The notes beneath the pieces were generated by a model, which was not told the DNA's origin, searched no databases, and was given only the letters and a program-made list of their open reading frames with translations. A stretch of 63,985 bases of DNA, the filler included, from Octopus bimaculoides (taxonomy: Eukaryota): the NCBI RefSeq assembly GCF_001194135.2. It is 4 parts of 4 records of this genome, joined end to end, with 100 filler letters (N's around TTAATTAATTAA, not from the genome) between each part and the next. Parts side by side here need not be neighbours in the genome. Positions count along the whole stretch, not along the records: positions 1 to 19,185 come from NC_069001.1; positions 19,286 to 37,643 come from NC_068985.1; 2 more parts are not named here. One strand, given 5' to 3'. The position numbers and the translations under genes are program-made. Position 1 is the stretch's first letter. Each line of letters starts with the position of its first letter. Shown here in pieces: positions 12,314 to 23,439 of the stretch.

Positions 12314-13203
12314 CACACACACACATACATAAATATATATACATATTGTCAGTGCATCTTATATCTGAAAAAGTACACCCTAAAGCATAGAGCAGTAATG
12401 TATTTATATGCAGTTAAGTCTATGTCCGGTCATAGAGTGACCAATGGTTTCACATCCATATATATACACACCATATATATATGGTTCAAATATACAAAAA
12501 ACAAAAGACAGAGACAGGTGAGGTAACATCAAACAACGTTTAATAGTTTGATGCTCAAGAAAAATGGAAAAGTCTCTGACATTTTGAGCCTATGCTCTTT
12601 GACAGAAAGGAGTGAGGAAAGAAAATAGGTATAGATAGATAGATAGACAGATAGATTTTAAAGGCTCTGGGGAAACTATAACATGAGTACTCAGCTCTGA
12701 GTGCACTGGTTCTTACAGCAGAAACAGCTGTCAACTAATGAAGTTCATTACACAAAGTTCCTTTATCATACAGTAATTTGCATATCATTATTGCTTTAAT
12801 GTCCACTTTACCATGCTTATATGGGTCGGACAGAATTTGTTAGGGTAGACTTTCAATAGCTGAATGCCCTTGCTGTCACCAACTCTCACCCATTTCCATG
12901 CAAGGTAATATTTCTCCATGACTGGATATATTTTCATGGAAGATTGAAATCGGAGGACACAACTTGCATAACAGTGACACTTGTTTACAACTATCACATT
13001 AAGGCAAGGAGACAGCAATACAGAGAAAGAGAGAGAGGACGGGCTTCTTTCAGTTTATGCTTACTAAATCCACTCACAAGGCTTCGATCAGCCTTGGGTT
13101 ATAGTAGAAGACACCATTGTACTAATGAAAGTCACTCAGGTACCATGCAATAAGCCTGAACCTGGAATCATGTTTAGAAAATATTTTTACATGTGCCTAC
13201 CTA

Positions 13204-13236
<33 letters not shown>

Positions 13237-14202
13237 ACATGTAGCGGCACAAGCAGTCAGTGCCATATTGGTTGAGATCTCGTGGCAGCCATTACCATCT
13301 CCGAGACTGGAGCGAGACCTCACCTGCATCCATTTGCCATGTGCGAGCTCACAACGAGGCTTGCGATGGCAAAACTATAAAAGGAAAGAAACCTCGAGGT
13401 TCGTGCTCACTTTTCCCGCTGTGACCGCTAGAGAGCACCCTTCACTGGCCTAGTCTCTAGGCTAGTCCGCTTGTCGCATCTCCTGAGGCCATGGCCTGCA
13501 TAATGGAGAACGATGAATTTATACTGCATGAGATGGCTGCAAAAGAGCAACATACCACACCTTTGTATATATTGTAAATAAATACTAATGGAGAACCTGC
13601 GTTTTGCCTAACACTTCTTTACTCGACTGCTGGAGCCTTAGCAATACGAAGAATAAGAAATTAATGGGAGAAAGGCGATATTCAACCGATATCCAGAACC
13701 TTGCCTCCCATTATACACTCATGCATGCACACATGCATACTCATTTACATACATATGTACATACACCTGCAATACACTGGCACACACACATACATGTATA
13801 CACACATATATACATACACAGACACATGTACATACGTACATGTGTATATGTGGGTGTATGTACACACACACACACATAGACACAGAGTTCAACAAAATCT
13901 CTCCATTTGGAAGAATATTTTAACCTCCAATTTCTGGTTTGGCATGGTCTCTGTGGCTGCATATCCTGTCTCTATGGTCTCTATGGCTGTATACCCTTTC
14001 TAATTTGAACCACTTTTTAAGTAGATTGCAAAAAGCAAATTTGTTGAGGTATTCATCCAGAGCTAATAATCTTTTATGCAGTTGCTGTGTTTAAAAATGC
14101 AGTATATACCATTCTTTTTATATTAGAAGAAACATAAATGAAAATAAATATCTATATATATATATTTCTATGGAATGAAGATGTTTCTACTTTATATTAC
14201 AG

Positions 14203-14310
14203 GCTAATTTACCAGCAGCAAGAGGAAGTGCTGCCTGTTTGAATCTTAACTCTATGTTAATACTCTTCCCAATTTGTCGTAACTTTCTCAACTTTATAAG
14301 AGGCTCGTTC
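14203..14310 (+). CDS. NOX: NADPH oxidase exon equivalent to CYBB exon 3
   Basis: CAG acceptor, GTAAGT donor; 108 nt, phase 0/0; [36 protein letters not shown] (cf. NOX2 [29 protein letters not shown]). Confidence 0.93.
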
Positions 14311-14945
14311 GTAAGTAATAGCTTTCTTTCACATGCTTAACCGTCTTTTCGTCTCCAAGCTGGAAACTAACTTGTTATTGTTATGATGAATGAACAAAAG
14401 CAAGAAAACATGCAACAAGAACAAGTTTTCACAAAGGTGTTATTAATTTCATGCTTTAAAAAGTGGGAAAAAGAAATAGGCCCTTTGACATTTGGGACAT
14501 AGAAAATAGAAGAAAGAAAAAGAGAAGGGTGGTACAAAGAAGGAAAGAGAAAAGAGGGTCTGAATGGGAATGCAGTTCTATGGAGTAAGTTAAGAAGAGA
14601 GGATGAGACAGGCAAGTATCTGTGTAAGGAAAGGGGCTTGATGGGTGATGTGAGTAGTGTGGGGTACACGTGGTTGACTGGTGGGTGAGTTGAGTCGAGT
14701 GGGATGTGAATGTAGTAATGGTAAGAGGAAGACTTGGAAGCATAAAAAATGGGAGTAACAGTGGAGAAAATGGTGTGAGACAAAAGTAGGTAGAGGTAGA
14801 GGGAAAGTTACAAAGTGGATAAAGATGGAAAAATAACTAATTATGTAACCATAAAAAAATACTTATGTAAATATAAAAGAAAATAAACAGCTGAGTATGT
14901 AAAAAGGTGTTGAGAAGGAGAACAGAATACTCTAAGAAATATCAA

Positions 14946-15167
14946 GAGGTAATATTTATCCTTATGGATGTTCTGTTAGGACAGACTATACTGCAGTAGA
15001 TACCATGAGAGAAACTTTCACATTGATTTTTTGTGCAAAATGCACTCTTTGAGTGCGGTGTGCATTTTGCACCAAAAACCAATATGAGAGTTTCTCTCAT
15101 GGTATCTACTGCACTATAGTTTGTTCTAGTAGAACATCTAAGGTTAAGTGGGGATAAATATTATCTC
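14946..15167. repeat. Long inverted repeat/hairpin (~100 bp arms, 14-nt loop) in NOX intron
   Basis: The arms include a perfect 25-bp match, 14992-15016 vs 15089-15113. Confidence 0.92.
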
Positions 15168-15724
15168 TCAGTATTAATGCTGCCTTTGTTGCTAACATAC
15201 ATTTTAAAAGAAATATATATATAGTGCACATGGTTATTGAAAAGGGGAGAGTTACAAAAGGAAGAGATGATTATCAAAATGGATATAAAAAAAAAATATT
15301 TTACAAAAAACAGGTATAGTGAGAAAAGTTGTAAAGTCAATAAAATGGAATAGGAAGGATTGTGTTGAATCCACAGAGAGGACTGGAACAGAAGAATTAA
15401 AATGTATTCTGGACTACATCAAACTCAACCATTAACTAAAAAAATGCAGTTTCTTCTGGCTGTTTTTTTTTCAAATGCTACTAAAATGTCCTTTACTCTT
15501 CCAAACTAACTAGCTGTATATCCTTTTCACTTAGTTCACCTGTCTCTCTTTCTCTTGTCAACCTAAGTATGTGCTTCACTTCTCAGATTCTGTACTAAAC
15601 ACTTTATCAATCTCATGAAACTTCTGACTCTGTAAAGATCATTAACACTGCTACTCTATCTAATACTGTCTTATCAAAAAGGAAAGCTAGTGGCAACTTT
15701 CACAACTATCTTTAATTCATTCAG

Positions 15725-15806
15725 GTATGCAAAGCTGTACGAAGATCATTTGATGACAACATTTTATACCATAAACTATGTGCCTACATGATCTGTTTGC
15801 AAACAG
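15725..15806 (+). CDS. NOX: NADPH oxidase exon equivalent to CYBB exon 4
   Basis: TTCATTCAG acceptor, GTAAGT donor; 82 nt, phase 0/1; VCKAVRRSFDDNILYHKLCAYMICLQT, with His equivalent to heme ligand H101. Confidence 0.92.
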
Positions 15807-15904
15807 GTAAGTCCTGTTTTAAATCCCTACATTTACAAAGACCAAGTAGCTCTCATCACACTTCTATATATACGTCTCTCTCTCTCTCATTTGTTATCTC
15901 TTTT

Positions 15905-16302
15905 ACCTTTTATTTGTTTCAGTCATTAGATAGTGGCCATACTGGGGCACCACCTTGAGGAATTTTAGTTGAACAAATCAACCCCAGTACTTATTTTCTT
16001 TTTAAGCCTAGTACATACTCTATTGGTCTCTTGGTGAACTGTTAAGTTATGGGGATGTAAACACACCAACACCAGTTGTCAAGTGGTGGTGGGGGACAAA
16101 CACAGATGTAAAGATACACTCACACACACACACACACATGATGAATTTCTTTCATTTTCTGTCTACCAAATCCACTAACAAGGCTTTGGTGGACCCAAGG
16201 CTATAGTAAAAGACACTTTCCTATGGTGCTATGTGGTGAGACTGAACCCGGAACCATGTGGTTGGGAAGCAAGCTTCTTACCACACAGTCATGCCTGCGC
16301 CT
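15905..16302 (-). mobile_element. CORE-type SINE S2, full length with internal (CA)n
   Basis: Head, CORE, microsatellite and tail homologous to 35502-35893. Confidence 0.85.
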
Positions 16303-16490
16303 GTTACTTGATGTTTCTGTTATATTTATCATTTCAGTACTGTAAATAAGACTCAAACATTTCATGTCTCTGCTTATGATCATAGTGGTGTGGATAGTAA
16401 CCCTGAATACTATTATTCAGACACACTGTGCAAAGTAACTAATATAGTAATGCTTTAAATTAAATTATCTTTTAAAATAATGTTTAGAGA

Positions 16491-16614
16491 TAGGCACAAG
16501 CATGGTTGTGTGGTAAGAAGTTTGCTTCCCAACCACATGGTTCTAGGGTCAGTCTCACAGTGTGACACCATGGGCTAGTGTCTTCTACTATAGCCTCAGG
16601 CTGATCAAAGCCTT
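16491..16614 (+). mobile_element. CORE-type SINE S2 head fragment
   Basis: Approximate reverse complement of 16181-16302. Confidence 0.8.
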
Positions 16615-16844
16615 GGGACTGAAAGGATGAAAGGTGAAGTCAATCTCAGTGGAATTTTGATTCAGAATGTAAAGATGGATGAAATGCTGCCAAGTATTTT
16701 GCCCAGCATACTAATGATTCTGTCAGCTCACCACCTTAGTGGTGCTTGTAATAATGGTTTCTTAAATGAGTAGGAGGCCAGAGATTATGAGGAGAGGGAA
16801 CAGTCAGTCATATCATCCCCAGTTCTTGACTGGTAAAAAAGGGT

Positions 16845-17130
16845 AAAGACCCCCTTCAGTCATGAATTATGGATGGGATTGCCCCTAGAAAGTTCTCCTC
16901 CTAGTAACATTGTTTATGGAAGACCAGCAGTTACCCCTCTCCCCGCCACCGATGTTATCCAAGGAAAAGGCAAAGGCCAATACTGCTTGGCACCAGTGAC
17001 GTTGCAACTCATTTCTACAGCTGAGTGAACTGGAGCAACATGAACACAACATACAACCTAACCTGGGAATCGAACTCACTACCTCATGATTGTGAGCCCA
17101 ATGCTTTAACCACGAGTCATGTGCCTTCAC
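16845..17130 (-). mobile_element. tRNA-derived SINE with S4-type head
   Basis: Minus GAAGGCACATGACTCGTGGTT..GAGTTCGATTCCC..TTGCTCCAGTTCACTCAGCTG matches the head and core of 30093-30415, but the 3' half differs. Confidence 0.7.
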
Positions 17131-17342
17131 TGGTTCTTGTAATAACTTGTATTTGGCATGAAGTATGTTTATTGAAGAATTACTTATAACAATACATTTT
17201 GTTTCAGAATACTCTGTAGTTACTTATTGATCGCTTGTTTTCAGCGGATTATTCCAAGTACTAAAATTTTCTGTAGAATCTTCACATTAGCTAAAAGAAA
17301 ACCCTTAACAAATTTCCTGTTTAGTATAATTTTTTTTTTCAG

Positions 17343-17500
17343 CCATTCATGTTGTCAGCCATTGTTTTAACTTGCAAAGGTTTGTGCAGTCCTATGACAG
17401 CCCTGACCCAAAGAAACGGGACCTTCTATTGGCATTGAGTCAACTCCCTATCAACAATACTATTGATGGTTACATCAATCCTGTCCGAAGTGCACACTCA
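17343..17500 (+). CDS. NOX: NADPH oxidase exon equivalent to CYBB exon 5
   Basis: (T)10-CAG acceptor, GTATGT donor; 158 nt, phase 1/0; (A)IHVVSHCFNLQRFVQSYDSPDPKKRDLLLALSQLPINNTIDGYINPVRSAHS, with His equivalent to heme ligand H115. Confidence 0.92.
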
Positions 17501-17865
17501 GTATGTAGTATGATTTTGCAACATTTTGTTCTATATGAAAACCTTACTATGTTTATACATTTTAAACAAAATTATAACCAATCTCCTTTGAATTTTAGAG
17601 TTCATATCTCACATTCAGTCCTCCGAAAGATGTATATGCTAAACAAGTATTGGTAATTTCTTATTTGATGTTCATAAAATTGAATTTGTTTTAGTTTCAA
17701 TTTCCTTTCAACTTGATTATCATGTTTTGTGGATGCCCTGCATCTCCTTGTTTTATTGTTTTATCTGTCTGCCGTTCCTTCTCTTTTGGTTGGTTTTTGT
17801 TATGGGTTCTGTTAATTATTATTATTACTGTTACTATTATTATTATTGTTATTATTATTATTATT

Positions 17866-18557
17866 GTTGCCTTTGTACAGCTTCTAATGCTGGAGATGTA
17901 CTACAATGTCAGCTGTTCACTACCAGTGAACTAAGGTAACACCCTTTACTTTTCGAGCACCTTCTGGAGTATTCGAGCGGTTCCAAGCAGTGCTGTTTTC
18001 TGCAAGTGCTCCACCCTTATTGCAGCCCCTATTTGTTCCACATACTTCTTGAGATTTCTGCTCACTGTTCCCAGGGCTCCGACAATTATTGGTACTACTG
18101 CTATCCTTTTCATTGACCACAACTGCTTAACTTCCCAAGCTAACCTGTTATATCTCTCGACTTTTCTTTCTTCCTTATTGCATACCTTGTTGTCAGCTGG
18201 GCATGCTATGTCTATGATCCAGCATAGTTTGTTTTCTTTCTCAATTAAGAAAGAGCACCATTTTCATGCATAATTTGAGCACCATTTTCATCTACCGGGT
18301 TGCTCAGATAGTAACTCTCCATGACCACAGCATCAATTTGTTTGCAGTTTTTGTATAGAAATATTGCAATCCATGTGTTTACATTTTCACGCACGTGTTG
18401 TTGTGGCAGCGTATCTGAGGGAAGTTATTTTTTTGTATATATATACTCCAGTTTCCTGAGATGGCTTACATTAAAACATAGTTTCCTTTCATTGTTCTTG
18501 TGGATTCTTAATTCCTGGTTCGTGATGGTTTCAGATTTGATCTAATCTTTCCGTCAG
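17866..18557 (-). mobile_element. R4/Dong-like element, apparent internal-deletion derivative (5' end joined to RLE and 3'UTR)
   Basis: N-terminal-like QIDAVVMESYYLSNPVDENGA is followed directly by LIEKENKLCWIIDIACP..GALGTV..LQKTALLGTARILQKVLEK*; TAA tracts on both sides. Confidence 0.75.
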
Positions 18558-18577
18558 ATTATTATTATTATTATTAT

Positions 18578-18909
18578 TTTAAAATAAAGTATGGTCCATT
18601 GTCTTCTGCTGAACTGGGGTCATCCCTTGACCCTAGGGTCACAGTAGGTCCTCATCTCATGGAGAGTACATGGTGTAAAATGTGTGCGGAACCTAGTAAT
18701 ACTATTTTCGGAAGTTCTCCCACGTTAACACTGCAAGGGAGTTTGTTGAGCTGCTTATCAAGGCCCTTTTTAATTAGCCCTAACGCGCCAATCACCACAG
18801 GTGTTGTGCTGCTTTTCATTCCCCACATCATGGTCACTTCTATTTCTAGGTCTTTGTACTTAGATAACTTCTCAACTTCTTTAATGGACACATTTCTCTC
18901 TGATGGTAC
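18578..18909 (-). mobile_element. 5'-truncated R4/Dong-like element (RLE C-terminus and 3'UTR)
   Basis: SIKEVEKLSKYKDLEIEV..PVVIGALGLIKK..LLGSAHILHHVLSMR*; flanked by TAA tracts. Confidence 0.88.
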
Positions 18910-18946
<37 letters not shown>

Positions 18947-18949
<3 letters not shown>

Positions 18950-19185
18950 TAGTTTTATTTTTATAACGTGCTTTCACTTCACTACCGAGCGCAGCTCTGT
19001 GCGCCTTGGGTATGTGCTGTGGTTTGCTGTGGTGCTCTTATGTTTACTGTATTAAAAGTGTTTTGCGTAGAATGTGTGCAGTACCCAGTGGTGCAATTTT
19101 CTGTATGTTATATATATTTGTAAGTCCTGCTATTTTTGTTATGTATTTGTCTGAATATTTTTTTATTATACCTAAGGCACCTACT
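18947..19185 (-). mobile_element. R4/Dong-like 3' end (third subfamily in cluster), runs into linker
   Basis: VGALGIIKKYSDKYITKIAGLTNIYNIQKIAPLGTAHILRKTLLIQ* (stop 19044-19046). Confidence 0.82.
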
Positions 19186-19285
19186 NNNNNNNNNNNNNNN
19201 NNNNNNNNNNNNNNNNNNNNNNNNNNNNNTTAATTAATTAANNNNNNNNNNNNNNNNNNNNNNNNNNNNNNNNNNNNNNNNNNNN
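19186..19285. other. Artificial scaffold linker 44N-TTAATTAATTAA-44N
   Basis: An identical 100-nt structure occurs three times; the 12-mer gives stop codons in all six frames. Confidence 0.9.
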
Positions 19286-19336
<51 letters not shown>

Positions 19337-20262
19337 CAAGTGTGTGTATGTCTGTGTCTGTCAGTCACAATCGTTTCACAACCGGTATTGCTGTGTTTAC
19401 GTTTCCGTTACTCAGCAGTTCGCGGAAAAAGAAACCGATAGATTAAATATCAGGCTTGGAAAAGCTAATTACTGGAGTTGATTGATTCGACTACAAATGC
19501 TTCAAGGCAGTGCTCCAGCATGGCCGAAGTCTGATGGCCGAAACAAATAAAAAAAATAAAAGATATTTTAGTAGAAAGGACATTACCGACCTCTGCACAT
19601 GGATGGTGCCATTATTTTATCAAATACAATCAGTGGATTGGCATTTGTTTTGGCTTTGTACGTTCTGAGTTACAAACCCAGCAAAATCAAGCCGGCCTTT
19701 CATTCTTTTGGGGTTGAGAAAACAAAGAGCCGATCACATAGTGGGGCCGATTTAATCGGACAACTCGAAGTGTCGAATTGATGTGTTGTAGCTTTCTCTT
19801 TACATTACCAGGCCGGACAATTTTTGATCAGATCTCCTATATATATANNNNNNNNNNNNNNNNNNNNNNNNNNNNNNNNNNNNNNNNNNNNNNNNNNNNN
19901 NNNNNNNNNNNNNNNNNNNNNNNNNNNNNNNNNNNNNNNNNNNNNNNNNNNNNNNNNNNNNNNNNNNNNNNNNNNNNNNNNNNNNNNNNNNNNNNNNNNN
20001 NNNNNNNNNNNNNNNNNNNNNNNNNNNNNNNNNNNNNNNNNNNNNNNNNNNNNNNNNNNNNNNNNNNNNNNNNNNNNNNNNNNNNNNNNNNNNNNNNNNN
20101 NNNNNNNNNNNNNNNNNNNNNNNNNNNNNNNNNNNNNNNNNNNNNNNNNNNNNNNNNNNNNNNNNNNNNNNNNNNNNNNNNNNNNNNNNNNNNNNNNNNN
20201 NNNNNNNNNNNNNNNNNNNNNNNNNNNNNNNNNNNNNNNNNNNNNNNNNNNNNNNNNNNNNN

Positions 20263-20301
<39 letters not shown>

Positions 20302-20460
20302 CGACGGGTTTCTTTCAGTTTCCGTCTGCCAAATGCACCCATAATGGTCGCTCCGAGGTTATAGCAAAAGATACTTTCCTTTCCCAAGGTGCCACGCAAA
20401 AGAACTGAACCCGGAACCATGTGGTTGGGGAATAAGAATCTTGCGACACAGCTACGCCTG
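20302..20460 (-). mobile_element. SINE S2 head
   Basis: GGCTGTGT..AAG..CCAACCACATGGTTCCGGGTTCAGT..CCTTGGG homology. Confidence 0.75.
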
Positions 20461-21676
20461 TCGCCTTGAACATACTTTGTACTTTTACTAGTTTCACTCA
20501 GAAGCTGTGGCCATGTTGGAACACTGCTTTTACTGTGTTAGAAGTCAATATATAATTACTCGTCATCCAAAAGCGGTTTAGATAATGGACGTCGTACAAA
20601 AGCACTGGTTTAAATTATGCCCTTTTAATGTTGTCTGTTCACATGAAGCAACTTACGCTTTTGACCCTCGTCTTTCCGGGGTCGATTAAAGATAAACTTA
20701 CAGGTCGGAGCTGACTAATACGAGCGTTACCCTTCTCAAAATGCGCAGCTGTTTATCTACACTAGAGATTGGCATTAATTAGATTATTTTCCTGAAACAG
20801 AAAATATTTTTAAAATCTCTAAATCACCAAATTTCCACAGTGTGACCAGTTTATGGCACTTTATGCCATTATTTCAGATCCTACATCAGCCGACTTCCTT
20901 TTGTTCCCTTTATATACTACTATAAAAATGTGTAGCCAAATTCTGAAGCTAATATTTGACCATAAGATGGCGGCGAAAAGGCAAAATCGTTAGCGGCATT
21001 TCGTCCGTCATTACGTTCTGAGAGTGACTTTGCCTTTCATCCTTTCGGGGTAAATAAAACAGAGTACCAGTTGAGCCCTGGAGTCGATGTAACCGACTTA
21101 CTGAAACTGCTAATCTTTGAATTTGAAGCTATTTGACCTAAGGGTAGGATGTTCTTTCCATTAATTATCACGTAACAGTGCAATTGGAGACAAACACATT
21201 GAGAAAAATTTCTAGAAAATATGTCAGTCATGCAAAAGGAAGCGAATAGAAAAGTGACGTAACGTGATGAGATATAACAATATAACAATATAACAATATA
21301 GCAATGCCACCACGTTACGTTTAGCACCACGTTCCGTTTAGCATCTTTAGAACGATGGAATTTGAAGAAATTTGATTAGGCTGATTATATTTTTATCTCT
21401 TTTCTTTTTTATCGTTTGTTTGTCTCAGTCAGTAGACTACCGTCATACTGGAGCACCGCCTTAAGGAAACTTTAGTCGAATGAAATGACTCCAGTATTTA
21501 TGCTATCGGTCTCTTTTAAGCACACCAACATCGGTTACCAATCGGTGGTGGGACGGACACACACACACATATGTATATATATATATATTGTTGAAATTTA
21601 CAGAGAAATGAAAGACGAAAACAGGTGTATAAACAATAAACAGGTGTATTAATTTGACGCGCGGGAAGGTGAGAAA

Positions 21677-21716
21677 GTCTTTTACGTTTCAAGCCTACGC
21701 TCTTCAACAGAAGAGA
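21677..21716 (-). ncRNA. Hammerhead-like motif with variant core (CUGUUGA..GAAA) in Penelope-like fragment
   Basis: TCTCTT-CTGTTGA-AGAGC-GTAG-GCTT-GAAA-CGT-A-AAAGAC; related decayed copies at 12572-12611 and 11458-11492. Confidence 0.45.
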
Positions 21717-21787
21717 ACACGAGGAAATAGGGAGAGAATAAAAAAAACCTTTGGAGCTAAGGGGCAATTACGGGGGCTGTATATTTA

Positions 21788-21867
<80 letters not shown>

Positions 21868-22677
21868 CATGACGATGTATATATATACAGGACGAGCATC
21901 TATTCCGTTTCCGTCAACGAAATCTAATCACAAGGCTTTGGTCGGCCCGCAGCTACAGTAGAAGACACCTAAGGTGCCACGCAGTGGGACTGAACCCAAA
22001 CCCATGTGGTTGAGAAACAAACTTCTCACCCCACTGTCACGATTGAGCCTATAAGAAAAAAACTCACCTCACTGAAGTCAAAGTCCAGAGCGCTAACCAT
22101 TACACCATGAGACGAGCTATAAAAATAATATATTATTAATATTAAGCAGCGATTGAAATATCAAACGCAAAGTACGTTTCTACCATTTTTTTGCACAAGC
22201 AAAACTATTGAACTTTCATTCTCACATGTAACCCAAATACCATAGAACAGACCCAACCTTTTTTATTTGCCAGTGGTATTTAGTCTTTTTATCAAATTAC
22301 TTTTTTCTCCACAATTTTCCACAATGTTGTATAGATTTTACCCAGAGTGAAGAGTAACTTCAATAAATAGGCCACAGTCATTCAGTTGCTAGAATACATA
22401 TAATAGGTAGAGACACAGTTATGTGATTCCATCCCCACAGGGCCGTATCTTGGGTAAGTGTTCTTTTCTGTGTAGCGTTTGGTAAGCTAATGAATTAGGA
22501 AGGTAAGTTACTTGGCGAATGTATGTAATCGTTTTGTGTTTGCGTGAACTAGCGTGCTGAGTTACTTCCCTCAATTTAAAATGGTGACTTGGCTATTCGA
22601 TAAAATAAGTAACAGGCTGAAATACGAATCAGATCTCCTAATTATTGAGGTTTAATAGGATCAACCCCAATTATTAA

Positions 22678-22892
22678 AAATAATTCCTTGAAAGCAGAGC
22701 TCTAGAATGGCCGTAAGGCAATGACCGAATGATAAACAAGTGTATTACTTGAAATAATTCCTTGAAGGCAGAGCTCTCGAATGGCCGTAAGGCAATGAAC
22801 GAATGATAAACAGGTGTATTACTTGAAATAATTCCTTGAAGGCAGAGCTCTCGAATGGCCGTAAGGCAATGAACGAATGATAAACAAGTGTA
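22678..22892 (+). repeat. 74-bp tandem repeat x3 derived from SINE S2 tail
   Basis: TAATTCCTTG at 22681, 22755, 22829; the unit resembles AAGGCGGTGCTCCAGCATGGCCG..AAACAAGT. Confidence 0.88.
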
Positions 22893-23439
22893 ACCGATTC
22901 AAAGCATCTGACTGTAGTATATCTAGTATACTTGTTAACCTATATTTGCTGTAGATTTAACTGTTTTGGTGAATTTTCAATCCCTGCCTCAAAATGCACT
23001 TTCACTTTTTAGCAGCGATCATTCAGTTATATTGAATCATTCGGTTATATTGAACCTCGTACTTGATTAATATTGATTTTAATGATCGCAGACGGTTGAA
23101 AAGCAAGATCAGCAACCTTGGGATCTGAGCTCCCGACTGATATTTATTTTATCGACTTCGAAAGGATGAAACACAAAGTCTAGCTCGGAGGAATTTGTAC
23201 TCAGACAATCAGAAAGACAAAATGTTTAGCACACCGCCTTAGTATATTGCAGTGTTTCTCAACGATTTTTACCCTTGCGTACCCCTTAAAATAAATTACA
23301 CGTCTCAAGGAACCCCCGCACAAAAAGTATTATATACCATGTTTCTCATATTTTTCATCAAAGCTCACTGCTAAATACATGTGTATGTGTGTGAGCAAAG
23401 GTGTATATACACCGCTATATGTATATGTAAGTATAAAAA

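Noticed and set aside
22678-22892. Regular direct repeats as a CRISPR array (also 8985-9300)
   Set aside because: The units are contiguous with no unique spacers, the context is eukaryotic, and there are no cas genes.
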